A DNA stretch of 63,850 nucleotides, the filler included, from Octopus bimaculoides (taxonomy: Eukaryota): assembly GCF_001194135.2 (NCBI RefSeq). It is 9 parts of 8 records of this genome, joined end to end, with 100 filler letters (N's around TTAATTAATTAA, not from the genome) between each part and the next. Parts side by side here need not be neighbours in the genome. Positions count along the whole stretch, not along the records: positions 40,996 to 57,673 come from NC_068981.1; positions 57,774 to 59,910 come from NC_068991.1; positions 60,011 to 62,079 come from NC_068983.1; positions 62,180 to 63,850 come from NW_026345967.1; 5 more parts are not named here. The stretch is one strand, 5' to 3'. Positions 50,721 through 63,265 of the stretch are shown here, piece after piece; position 1 is the first letter of the stretch; every line of letters starts with the position of its first letter. The notes beneath the pieces were generated by a model. It had not been told where the DNA came from and ran no database searches. It saw only the letters and a program-made list of their open reading frames with translations. A program made the translations under genes and the position numbers.

Positions 50721-50949
50721 GAGTACAGACTTGTAGTGCCCGTAATCAGAATCGAGAAGCATGTCTCCCGGGATTGCACAGCCTTCAAACTGTAGCCAAA
50801 CATTTTGCTCTCATTCTAAAACAATCTTTGCCAAATTTGCAAAACTCCTCCTTTTCTTTACTTCACATCAATGATATCTAGCTATCTATCACCCTCTTTT
50901 TAGGGATATATTTTAATCTTCGGAAATACAGTGTGTCCTATTCTAGTGA

Positions 50950-51340
50950 ATGTTAACCTCTCTGCCCTGTCAACTCGTATTTTATTGCAATCACTTCTCA
51001 CATGTCAAAAGACTATTGATCAAAATATTCTCCAGCAATTTGATTCTCTCTTCTTAACCACCACCATTACGACTTTCCTAAAGCTAGCTCTGATCTACTA
51101 GAAGCCAACTCTCTTATGTTACACACTTTCAAGAAATTTGATGTAAGCAGTGTTCTTGCACTCGATGTTAGCAAAGTATTCGACCAAATCTAGCACCTCT
51201 CTCGTCTCTTGGGTCGGCGACTTCCACTCAGATAGCCCTATCTGCAATATGTGATATTACAGCTCTCTATAATCTACACACTATTAATCTCGGTGTACTC
51301 CAAAGTTGGATTTTGAACCTAAAACTCTTCGTATATACCA
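50950..51340 (+). mobile_element. Highly degraded CR1/Jockey-type RT fragment
   Basis: VLALDVSKVFDQI*H (DxSKAFD) and INLGVLQSWILNLKLF (GVPQGS.L.P.LF). Confidence 0.65.
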
Positions 51341-53145
51341 ACGGCTCACTTTCATCACCGTCATCACTTCCCATTCTTTCTGAGACGATACTTCCATTCA
51401 TTCCTCCTTAACCTTTTTGCCTCCAGAAAACATATCCACGAACAAAGACAACTCACGTCAAGATTTCACTGACTCACTCTACACAGAAAAGGAAAACAAC
51501 CGTCGGCGAAATCATGCATACCTTGTCTCCTTCAAGAGCACAAAGTCATAATTATAAAGACGACATTATCTCACCACACCCACACTGCCAAACATGAGCA
51601 GCACACCACTAGAACTCTGAAAATCGCTACAAATGCTAGACCACGTCATAGCTGAGGATGTAACCAAGAGAACACATTCTCAACCTGGCGAAACTATATA
51701 ACAATGATTCTCATTCCTCTTTATGTTTAGAAAATACTTCAACTCCTAACGATTACAAACCTTCTACAGAGCTCAGAGAAAAGACTCATAATGGAGAATT
51801 TTCCCATAACTTCCCATACTTGGAGTGGCTCTGCTACTGCAGACATACACAGTCATCCTAGACTGTATTCAAAGAAAAACCACTAAATCCGTTGGCATGA
51901 AGTCACTCACCAACTTCTAACCTTCAAACGTTTCTGCTCTCAGCCTTCTTTGCCACAGTAGATTCTGCTCCTTGCGTTTCACCTCAACTCAGACATTCTC
52001 GGCTCAATTGTTTCTGATGCCACTTAACCCCTATATTACGTTTACAACCACCGCCACGCTGGTCACTATGCCCACTCCTTTCTCAACCAGAAACTCAGGT
52101 ATTTGGAGTTCCCACTTTGCACATATTTTCATGTAGCTCTCGACTTTTAATTATTCAAGAGGAATATTTACCACATTGATATCAACGAGATCAACGATGT
52201 CGATGTGGTAAGCATTCTATGAACAGCCTGTGAAGACCATATGTACAGCTTCTTACTCAAGACTTATCCAATAAAAACATGCATAAATATGCGTACCCAA
52301 TACATCTTTCTTCTTTTAACATGGAGAGCGAAAGCTCTCAAAGAAAATTGCACTTCTGTGTTGTTCTACTGCTTGGTAATGGTCTCTTATTCCAAGCAGT
52401 AAAGTCCTTGCAGTGGTCTATTTTGAAGATTCAGACAGTCTGTGTTACATTTACTTTATTCAAAAATGCAAGAAACTAAATTAACAATGCGAGACTAGAC
52501 AGAGTGATAAACAAAAGTCTAAGTGGTATGTAAATGCTTTCCTTTACGTTGTGAATTCTAATCCTGTCGAAGTCAGTTCTTGCCTTTCATCCTTCTAGGA
52601 TTAATGAAATAAATTATTAGTCTAGTATTGAGATCAATTTGATAGATTATATCTTGCTTAGCCTTACCTTCTCAGAGGAGTTGTAAGAAAACCATCATGA
52701 TATAAGGCATTTTCTTCGAATCGAAACATAGAAGAACCCATGCCTCTCTTGTTTGAGTATAGCCGATTTTTCCACAGAAAAATAGATAGATGAAAAGAGA
52801 GTAAAGGAAACAAATGAACTCGTACTTTAACGTCCTAGAAGTAATGGCAAAGGTGAGATTCGAACTCAGAATGCAGAGAGCCAACGTGAATACCACGAAA
52901 AAAAAACAGAAGCTTAAACACCGCTCTAACCATTCTGCCACCCGTCGCCTTTCGGCCTAATATAGCCTTTCTAAAGTTTCAAGGCCTTACACTGATGTTA
53001 GAAATTAATATTAAAGATTACAAAAGTAGCACAGAAATTTTAAAATGGCAAGTTGAACTTTGAACTGATGCTGAACAACGTCTTTTTCGAGTCATAGTCG
53101 TTCACACAAAATCCACCACCTAATCTGTGCCAAACAATAACATTT

Positions 53146-53760
53146 ATATTAATAAACATTAAGCTAAAGAATGCGTCAATTAGATGGAAATACAAATGAA
53201 ATTTTATTTTATTTATATACATTTTTATTAGTTTATATATAATTATTTTTATAGTCTTTGAATCAGTATTTTGATTAAAATTCAGTAATTAAAAACTTTC
53301 AAATGGAATTTAAATTATCTTTCACAGTTTCCCCGCAGTCGATATTTTATTTATAAAGAACAGTAGAACAGTAATATTTGTTCAGTGCTTAAAGTGACCG
53401 TCTGAGTACGAAAAAGAAATAGTAGATAGATAGAAAGAGAGAGAGGGATTGAGAGAGAGAAAGAGTTATATATGTGTGTGTATTAGTGAGAATAAGTACT
53501 CTGGAAGTAAATGACAGACTTTCGAGTTTGCGTATTAGGTTCAATTCTTGGACTTAACTTGTTTCATATGTTTCATGGGAAACGTTTAAACGTTACACCT
53601 TCCACTTCCTCGTCCTCTAAATTTAATAAACATTAAACTAAATAATGCGTCAATTAGATGGAAACACTAATGAAATTTTATTTTATTTATATGCATTTTT
53701 ATTAGTTTATATATAATTATTTTTATAGTCTTTGAATCAGTATTTTGATTAAAACTCAGA
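53146..53760. repeat. Direct duplication of ~140 bp (53146-53285 and 53624-53760)
   Basis: aataaacatta..ctaaa.aatgcgtcaattagatggaaa...ttatagtctttgaatcagtattttgattaaaa.tcag occurs twice. Confidence 0.85.
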
Positions 53761-53959
53761 CATTGGTGATGAGATGAGTGGCGTTGTGCTTATATAAATG
53801 CGTGTGTGGATGCTCATTTAAATTTGTCCAGTCTATATATTGTCCAGTCGGCTTCTATCACTTGCCTTTCTATTTTCACTTAAAGCAAAACAACATACAC
53901 ACACATTTATAGGACCTACACCCACTGAAGTGTAAACAATATACTAAATCCATCTTGTT

Positions 53960-54470
53960 TTACGATCGTCATATCTAGGCTACAAACTCTCCACAACAAA
54001 CTACTAAGAACGCAAACATTGCACTTCGCATCATTACAGGCTGTACGCCCATAGACAACCTAAATAACAAAACTAAATACTTAAAATGAAATATCACTTG
54101 GATGTGCAGGGTAACAACTGATGCCGTATGAAACTCAATCCATCATAGAGTTTCCAGCCCTCATAGTCACCACCAATAGATGCAAGATCACATCTAGATA
54201 CGACAACACGTCCTTACACACACAGCCCAGATAGAGACTAGCCCACTAACCTACTAACATTGGTTAATAAAAAAAATCAAGTGTCGCATTCAGACCGTAC
54301 CCATCGCACCCAACCAAGTTCTGACCACCACCTGAAACTGCTCGCACACCATCAGCCGACGAGTGAGCCATAATGTTGTCGCTTGATCGGCTGGAAAAAA
54401 CAGTCAAAATCAGCCTCAACTCGCAGCCAACTGGCTTAAAATAGAAAGAACGCAAGATAATGTTACCTTT
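53960..54470 (+). mobile_element. Degraded I/Jockey-group LINE 3' fragment
   Basis: RLQTLHN...IALRIITGCTPIDNLNNKTKYL, followed by an NQVLTTT...RRV...LS region. Confidence 0.55.
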
Positions 54471-55682
54471 ATGTCTGAAAGAATAATAGGTAGAAAACTC
54501 CTGATTTACTTGTGATCATAGACATGCTCAGTTAGGGCTTGTCTCGAGCTCGATAACACTAGTAAATGGACGCAAAAATGGACTGAACGTAGAAAATTAC
54601 ATGCTCGCAATACACATGGCACCATAGGTGGCGGTTTGATACACCCCGAATATTGATCTCAGTGGAGGCGCGTGCCTTAGTGGTTAGGGTATTAATCGTA
54701 AGATTGTGATTTCGATACCTGGACTGAGCGACGCGTTGAGTTTTTGAACAAAACTTCATTTCACGTTGCCCCAGTCCACTCAACTTGCAAAAATGAGTAA
54801 CCCCGCGACAGACCGGCGGGGAATTTATATGCCATGGAAACTGAGATGCCGGCCCTTATGAGTCGGCATGACTCGAGAAGGTAACTTTACCATTTTTTTT
54901 TTTTTACCTAATATTGATCAAGAATGACCGGGGCTAAGAGAAAGAACTTCCTAGCTTTTTCTTATCTCTAACCACACGATAAATTTCTTTGTTTTTCTAC
55001 AGATTAGCTACTAATAAAAATATTTAGACAATTTGATTAGTTACACAAAAGTATGATATCTTAAATATTTATGTGTAAATAGAATATATATTTAAAGCAA
55101 GTCAAAAAAATTAATACTAAAGGTAATAAAAAGATGATTTTTTTCAGTCAAAACACATTCACACAAGCACGCATATTAACACATACACACACATATTGAG
55201 ATACAGGTATGCATAGCCACACACGAGCACAAAGACACACAATCAGACAGACAGACAAATACACAGAGAAAACAACCCTCAAACAGAGGCAGTACCATCT
55301 TTATAGTAGTGCTTCTTAAGATTAGTCCCAGTTTCATGATTCTTGAAGATTCAATACATCACAAAGATTGGGAACAGTTGACAGGAAAATGGATGAAGAA
55401 ATAATCTACTGCAGACAAGCAACAATGCCGCCAAAATTTGCTGCCAAACATCTTGTTTGGAGATCGATCGTTTTTTATTTGCATTCTATATTGGCATCTC
55501 AGCGTGGAGGCCTAACAGTTCATTTTGTCTTATTTGTTTTTCTGAAATTTTCCATTCATTGTTCGTTTGGATAAATTGTTGTTTTGTCATATTAGATACA
55601 TATATACATTATATACATAAATATATATATATATATATATACATATAAATATATATATATATATACATTATATATATATGTG

Positions 55683-55713
<31 letters not shown>

Positions 55714-56053
55714 ATGTGTGTGTGTGTGTACATATATACATATTTATGTTTTACATATATTCATATACATANNNNNNNNNNNNNNNNNNNNNNNNNNNNN
55801 NNNNNNNNNNNNNNNNNNNNNNNNNNNNNNNNNNNNNNNNNNNNNNNNNNNNNNNNNNNNNNNNNNNNNNNNNNNNNNNNNNNNNNNNNNNNNNNNNNNN
55901 NNNNNNNNNNNNNNNNNNNNNNNNNNNNNNNNNNNNNNNNNNNNNNNNNNNNNNNNNNNNNNNNNNNNNNNNNNNNNNNNNNNNNNNNNATCTTATATAT
56001 ATAAGATTAGTTTATATTTATGTACGTGTATAAATATATGTGTGCGTGTACAT

Positions 56054-56100
<47 letters not shown>

Positions 56101-56204
56101 TACATATACATATGTATGCATACATATATCTATATGTGCATATATATATATATGTATATGTACATATATACATATTTATGCTATATATATATATTTAGAG
56201 AATT

Positions 56205-56257
<53 letters not shown>

Positions 56258-57064
56258 GTGCATAAATATATACTACTCATATATATATTCATATATATAT
56301 ATGTATGTGTGTGTATGTATATGTGTGTGTGTGTATGTATGTATGTATGTATGTATGTATGTACGTATGTATGTATGTACATACGTATGTATTCAATTCT
56401 TACAAGTAACGTCATTTCGTTATTTATCTATTTAGTTTCTTATTCAATCTTGTTTAGCTTTGAGTTTGATTTTGTTTTCAATTTTTTTTTTTTATTCCGT
56501 TTCAGATTCCTGTTTTCTTATTTTTACTAAAAAAAATTTCTCGTTTTTTTTAAATTTTTATTTTTTATTTATTTATTTATTTATTTAATTATTTATCTAT
56601 TTATTCATTTCATTCTTCATTTTGACACGTTACAAACTCTGTTTACGACTTCTTAAATATTCTGAAATTAATCTAAATGTAAATAAAAAGGCTGCCACAA
56701 AATTGGTTTCGAATTTTCTTTTCTCCTTCATTTTTTTCTTTTTTTTTTTAGTTTCTTTTCATGCTTTGTTTTGTTGTGTGTTGTTTTTGTTTTCTTCTTT
56801 GCTAACATTGACACTATTCTCATTTTTCTTATTGTTACTATTCCTGTTGTTGCTGTTGTTGTTTCCAGTGACACTACTATTCCTGTTGCTGCTACTGCTG
56901 CTGTTGTTGTTGTTGTTGTTGTTGTTCGTATTATTGGTGTTGTGGGATTAATGGTCTTAATTTTGGTATTAGATTTGGTACAATTAAAGAACTTTGTATG
57001 TTTTGTATTGTTTAATTGCGCGCTTCACCTTTCTCTTTCTTTCTCTCTCTCTTTCTCACACACA

Positions 57065-57095
<31 letters not shown>

Positions 57096-57325
57096 CTTAT
57101 CAATTTATCTTTGTATCTATTTACATATTTATCTGTCTTACCGTAAGTTTCTTTCTACAATATGATTTTAGCTCAATACTGCAAGCCAGACACACTCATC
57201 ACAAAAACTGTGTCCTTGCTATCTGCATCAGCAGCATGCTTCTCCACCTGTTAACCAGACGGGTGGATTTCTGTTTTTCTTTCTCCTTAAGCTGACACCT
57301 TTGGTATGGTCTCAACTAATAAATA

Positions 57326-57371
<46 letters not shown>

Positions 57372-57372
<1 letters not shown>

Positions 57373-57673
57373 CTTACTCTTTTACTTGTTTCAGTCATTT
57401 GACTGTGGCCATGCTGGAGCACCGCCTTTAGTCAAGCAAATCGACCCCAAGACTTATTCTTTGTAAGCCTACTACTTATTCTATCGGTCTCTTTTGCCGA
57501 ACCAGTAGGTTACGGGGACGTAAACACACCATCATCGGTTGTCAAGCGATGTTGGGGGGACAAACACAGACACACAAACATATACACACACATATATAAA
57601 TATATATACATATATACGACGGGCTTCTTTCAGTTTCCGTCTACCAAATCCATTCACAAGGCTTTAATCGGCC
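57372..57673 (-). mobile_element. SINE family A, truncated by an assembly spacer
   Basis: Tail tactcttttacttgtttcagtcatttgac through to cacaaggctttaatcggcc. Confidence 0.85.
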
Positions 57674-57773
57674 NNNNNNNNNNNNNNNNNNNNNNNNNNN
57701 NNNNNNNNNNNNNNNNNTTAATTAATTAANNNNNNNNNNNNNNNNNNNNNNNNNNNNNNNNNNNNNNNNNNNN

Positions 57774-58056
57774 TCCGTTACTTTCCGATAGTTTCCGTTA
57801 TTTTCAGTTGCTTTTCGTTACATTCCGTTGGTATCCATTACTTTCCCTTAGTTTCCGTTAGTTTCCGTTAGTTTGCGTTAGTTTCCGTTAGTTTCCGTTA
57901 CTTTCCGTTACTTTCCGATAGTTTCCGTTATTTTCAGTTGCTTTTCGTTACATTCCGTTGGTATCCATTACTTTCCCTTAGTTTCCGTTAGTTTCCGTTA
58001 TTCCCGTTAGTTTCCGTTAGTTTCCGTTAGATTCCGTTATTTTCCGTGACTTTCCA
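57774..58056. repeat. 10-bp minisatellite (GTTTCCGTTA) with a 130-bp higher-order duplication
   Basis: The variant series ctttccgata-gtttccgtta-ttttcagttg-cttttcgtta-cattccgttg-gtatccatta-ctttccctta repeats exactly at 57781 and 57911. Confidence 0.92.
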
Positions 58057-59910
58057 TTCGGGCCAACCGCAACGAACGAAGTTCCGTAGCTCTTGGCTCG
58101 AAGGAACGTACGTACGTTAGGGCGAAGACCAACGAACGAGGTTCCGTAGCTCTTGGCACAGACGAACGTACGTACGTTCGGGCGATGAGAAACGAACAAA
58201 GTTCCGTAGCTCTTCGCTCGAACGAATGTACGTTCGTTCGGGCGAAGAGCAACGAACGAAGTTCCGTAGTTCTTCTCTCGAACGAACGTACATACGTTAG
58301 GGCCAAGAGCAACGAACGAAGATCCTTAGCTCTAGTCTCGAACGAACGGACGTACGTTCGGGCCAAGAGCAACGAACGAAGTTCCGTAGCTCTTGGCTNN
58401 NNNNNNNNNNNNNNNNNNNNNNNNNNNNNNNNNNNNNNNNNNNNNNNNNNNNNNNNNNNNNNNNNNNNNNNNNNNNNNNNNNNNNNNNNNNNNNNNNNCT
58501 CTAGGCTCGAACGAACGTACGTACGTTCGGGCCAAGAGCAACGAACGAGGTTCCGTAGCACTAGGCTCGAACGAACGTACGCACGTTCGGGCCAAGAGCA
58601 ACGAACGAAGCTCCGTAGCCCGAGACTCGAACGAACATCCGTACGTTCAGGCGAAGTGCAACAAAAAAAGTTGTGTAGCTCGTGACTTGTACGTATGTAC
58701 GTACGTTCGGGCCAAGAGCAACGAACGAATCTCCGTAGCCCTAGACTCGATCGAACGTCCGTACGTTCAGGCGAAGTGCAACAAACAAAGTTGTGTAGCA
58801 CTTGACTTGTACGTACGTACGTACGTTCGGGCCAAGAATAACGAACGAAGTTCCGTAGATCTTGGCTCATGCGAACGTACGTACATTCAGGCCAACTGCA
58901 ACGAACGAAGTTCCGTAGGCCTTGGTTCGAACGAACGTACGTACGTTCAGTTTAAGCGCTACTAACGAAGTTCCTTAGCTCTTGGCACGAATGAACGTAC
59001 GTTCGGGCCGAGCGCAACGAACGAAGTTCCGTAGCTCTTGGTTCGAACAAACGTACCTACGTTCAGGCCAAATGCAACGAACGAAGTTTCCTAGCTCGTC
59101 GCTCGAACGAAATTACGTACGTTCGGGCTAAGAGCAATGAACGGAGTTCCTTTTTCTCTTGGCTCGAACGAACGTACGTACTTTCGGACCAAGTGCAACG
59201 AACGAAGCTCCGTAGCTGTTGCCTCGAACGAACGTAAGTACGTTCGGGTCGAGTGCAACGAATGAATTTCCGTAGCTCTTGGCTAGAACGAACGTACGTA
59301 CGTTCGGGCCAAGAGCAACGAACAAATTTCCTTTGCTCTTGGCTCGAACGAACATAGGTACGTTCGAGCCAAGTGCAACGACGAAATACCGTAGCTTCGG
59401 GCCAAGTGCAACGAACGACGTTCCGTTGCTCTAGGCTCGAACGAACGTACGTACATTCGGGCCAAGAGCAACGAACGAAGTTCCGTAGCTCTTGGCTCCA
59501 ACGAACGTATGTACGTTCGGGTCAAGAGCAACGAACGAAATTCCGTAGCACTTGGCTCCAACGAACGTACGTAAGTTCGGTCTAAGAGCAACGAACGAAG
59601 TTCCGTAGCTCTTGGCTACGACGAACGTACGTACTTTCGGGCCAAAAGCAACGAACGAATCTCCGCATCGCTTGGCTCGAACGAACGTACGTACATTCGG
59701 TCCAAGAGCAACGAACAATGTTCCGTAGCTCTTTGCTCGAACGTACGTACATGCGTTGGTGCCAATTGCAACAAACGAAGTTCCGTAGCTCTTGGCTCGA
59801 ACAAACCTACGTACGTTAGGGCCAAGAGCAACGAACGAAGTTCCGTAGCACTAGGCTCGAACGAACGTACGTACGTTCGGTCCAAGTACAACGAACGAAG
59901 TTCCGTTGCA
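58057..59910. repeat. CpG-rich 60-bp tandem satellite, ~30 units
   Basis: Consensus by eye: AACGAACGAAGTTCCGTAGCTCTTGGCTCGAACGAACGTACGTACGTTCGGGCCAAGAGC. Period 60; truncated by the spacer at 59911. Confidence 0.95.
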
Positions 59911-60010
59911 NNNNNNNNNNNNNNNNNNNNNNNNNNNNNNNNNNNNNNNNNNNNTTAATTAATTAANNNNNNNNNNNNNNNNNNNNNNNNNNNNNNNNNN
60001 NNNNNNNNNN

Positions 60011-60075
<65 letters not shown>

Positions 60076-60541
60076 ACATACACACACATATATATTGCGT
60101 GTGTGCGTGTGTGTTACATATGGTGGAATTAAGTAGTTGATATATTATCCCTGCATCTATCTGTTTGTCTGACGATCTGTCTGCTTCTTGGTGAAATTGT
60201 CTGACTACATATCTATCTACATCAATTTATCTGTATGTTGCGAGGTCTGTCTATCAGTATATCTCTTTTATTTTCTCAGTTTCTCACGTATGTGCTACAC
60301 ACACACGTACATATATGTGGGAATATATGGAAGTACACACACACGCGCGCGCGAACATGTATACGTACACATACATACGTATGTTAATATACATATTGTA
60401 TTTATGTATGTACACACACTCTCACCGCACTTTTCTGGCTTTCTACGGTATAATGTACGTTAAGTAAGGTATACAGAATGCTATTTTGATCTGATACAAC
60501 CTCCGTCGCTAATAACTGACTCTTTCTCTCTCTCACTCTCA

Positions 60542-60581
<40 letters not shown>

Positions 60582-60780
60582 CACACACACATCTACATAC
60601 ATTTGTGCGTATATGTGTGTGAGCGTGTGCATAACTCGCTCTACCAGCATCCCTATCTATCCATCCATCCATCCATCCATCCATCCATCCATCCATCCAT
60701 TCATCCATCCATCCATCCATCTATTTGTCTACCTGTCTGTCTACCTGTCTGTCTGTCTGTCTGTCTGTCTGTCCGACTGG

Positions 60781-60838
<58 letters not shown>

Positions 60839-61155
60839 GTGGAGGCGCAATCGCCCAGTGGTTAGGGCAGCGGGCTCGCTGTCGGAGGATCGCGGTTTCG
60901 ATTCCCAGACCGGTCGTTGTGTGTGTGTTTATGGAGCGAAAACACCTAAAGCTCCACGAGGCTCCGGCAGGGGGTGGTGTTCGACCCCTGTTGTATTCTT
61001 CCCCCCCCCCAACTTTCTCTCACTCTTTCTTCCTGTTTCTTGAGTAACGCTGCGAAGGACTGGCGTCCCGTCCAGCTGGGGGGGGGGGAACGCATACGCC
61101 ATAGAAACCGGGAAACCAAGCCCATGAGCCTATCTAGGCTTTAAGAGGGCGCATA
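60839..61155 (+). mobile_element. SINE family C head with an alternative 3' half, between (CTAT)n tracts
   Basis: Family C head to tcactctttcttcctgtttct, then gagtaacgctgcgaaggactggcgtcccgtccag...ccatagaaaccgggaaacc. Confidence 0.75.
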
Positions 61156-61169
61156 ATAAATAATAAATA

Positions 61170-61227
<58 letters not shown>

Positions 61228-62700
61228 CTTTGTCTTGTTAACCTTTCAGTCAATTTTCCTGTGCGTTTTTCTGAGATCATAGCTCTGAAAGCAATATAGT
61301 CGTGAATGTGCATATGTGCATTCATTTTTCACACTTTTCCTTCTACTGTTTCTACAGCCTTTCTTCTACGTTGTCGTCTTCCACTCACCCCCTATTCTCA
61401 GTGACTTTCAGCTCCCTGGCCTATCCCTTTTAAGAGGGTAACGGTGTGATTTTAAGGGAGTGTTCCAGTCATCAGTATTTCGTCTTTTCATATCTCAGAG
61501 ACTTCATCGTTCAACAGAGGCAGATTTGGCTGCTGTTTCCAGTGCGCACGCACATGCCGCCTGCTTCGTTAAAATGAAATGCCTACTGTAGCACCATGTC
61601 ACCATTGATCAGGAACATTTTTGATTTTATTTCTCCGCTTACCTCTATCGTCACAGAAACGCTAGCGTATAGCCAGGCGTGGCTGTGTGGTAAGAAGATT
61701 GCTTCTTAACCACATTGTTCTGGGTTCAGTATGACTATGCGTTATCTTGGGCAGGTGTTTTCTACTATACCTCCCACCACACACACACATATTGACTTCA
61801 TAACTTTTCAGAGAACGGGCAATAACTTTTGTTTTGGAACTGGATCGTGAAGCACATATGTACTAGCATGTAAATATTATATATATACTCTTCGAAACGC
61901 CGGTGGTAAAATGGGGGTAGCTGATGAAGGAAAATGTTCTCTATGTGGCTTGTGTGTTTTCTGTACTCTGGTTATTATTATTTTCTTGTCTACGTTTTGT
62001 TTGCAATGTCCTGTACCCAGATATGCACCTATATATACAGGTAGACGTAATATATTCATTTATTATTTGTTATATATATNNNNNNNNNNNNNNNNNNNNN
62101 NNNNNNNNNNNNNNNNNNNNNNNTTAATTAATTAANNNNNNNNNNNNNNNNNNNNNNNNNNNNNNNNNNNNNNNNNNNNACAGACAGACAGACAGACACA
62201 CATTCTCATTTTTATATATATAGATATTGGATACCCTGAAGAGATCGTACTATCAATGCATAAATCGCTGCGTACAAATATGCAACAACATGCAATTAAT
62301 GCAATCGAAACAGGTGTCGGACAATTATTATGAATAAACCAAAAAGTTTCAATGTTCATATTCTTCGTTCTCATTATTATCAATATTGTACTTTACATTC
62401 TAAGTAGCGAGGAAAAAAATGTAATATCGGATGGGAGTTAAAGGAAATTTACCATAAAAAGCGCCATCTGAAGGAAACTACCATGACATTTTACATAAAA
62501 ACATTCGGTATCCCACCTCTTACTATATACATATATAAAAATATATGTGTATTTTTTCAATGTGTACAAATAACACTGAAAATATAAATAGTTACAAAGG
62601 TAGCAAAAAAATTCACATAAGTACCAAGGGTGTTAACAGACAACATATAAAGGTAGAAATTCCAGGGTTTAGTGAAATGATTTTCCATAACGGCTAAATA

Positions 62701-62907
62701 GAGTTAAACGCAGAGGTTATTCAAATCTCTATACTTCCGACATGTGTTACGAAGAAAACATTGGAGTTAATCTATTTTTTTTTTCCCTGACGAGAAGATC
62801 GCATTGTTTTACATCATTTTATTCCCTCCGGAATAATACCAATATTTTCTTCGAAACATGTGTCGGAAATATAAAGATTTGAATAACACCTGCGTCTATT
62901 TAACTCC
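62701..62907. repeat. Inverted repeat/MITE with ~65-bp arms
   Basis: gagttaaacgcagaggttattcaaatctctatacttccgacatgtgttacgaagaaaacattgg vs ccaatattttcttcgaaacatgtgtcggaaatataaagatttgaataacacctgcgtctatttaactc. Confidence 0.85.
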
Positions 62908-62985
62908 ATTTCTTTATATATATATACATATATATATAGAATTCTTGAAACTTGGACCCCACCTCAAACATAGGTAGACAAAACG

Positions 62986-63265
62986 GCGATCTTTCGGTAC
63001 TAGATCCCATAACTTCCGGTCGTTGTGCGCACGCATACTGATTACATTATCGTATAGTGTATTTATGTTTTTAAAGTTCGAGAACTGTATGAATCTGAGG
63101 GGAGAAGGTTTGAGTCTAGTGGACCATTCATTTTTTTTTTCTATTTAATGTTGTCTTTTCATATTTTCAAGTCATTAAAAAAACATAAACACGCTATGCA
63201 GTTATGTAATCAGTATGCGTGCGCACAACAACCGGAAGTTATGGGATCTAGAACCGAAAGATCGC
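62986..63265. repeat. Inverted repeat/MITE with ~88-bp arms carrying ETS- and NRF1-like motifs
   Basis: gcgatctttcggtactagatcccataacttccggtcgttgtgcgcacgcatactgattaca...tttatgtttt vs aaaacataaa...tgtaatcagtatgcgtgcgcacaacaaccggaagttatgggatctagaaccgaaagatcgc. Confidence 0.88.

Noticed and set aside
58057-59910. 60-bp palindromic array as a CRISPR array or a repetitive protein gene (ORFs 58037-58870 etc.)
   Set aside because: There are no unique spacers and no cas genes, and the context is eukaryotic. Frames stay open only because the period is a multiple of three, and they open on both strands.
62180-62225. Helitron-like 5' end (TCTATATATATAAAAATGAGAATGTGTG on the minus strand; similar at ~14125-14155)
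   Set aside because: It is truncated by a spacer, and no matching 3' hairpin/CTAG end can be linked to it, so it is too little to call.
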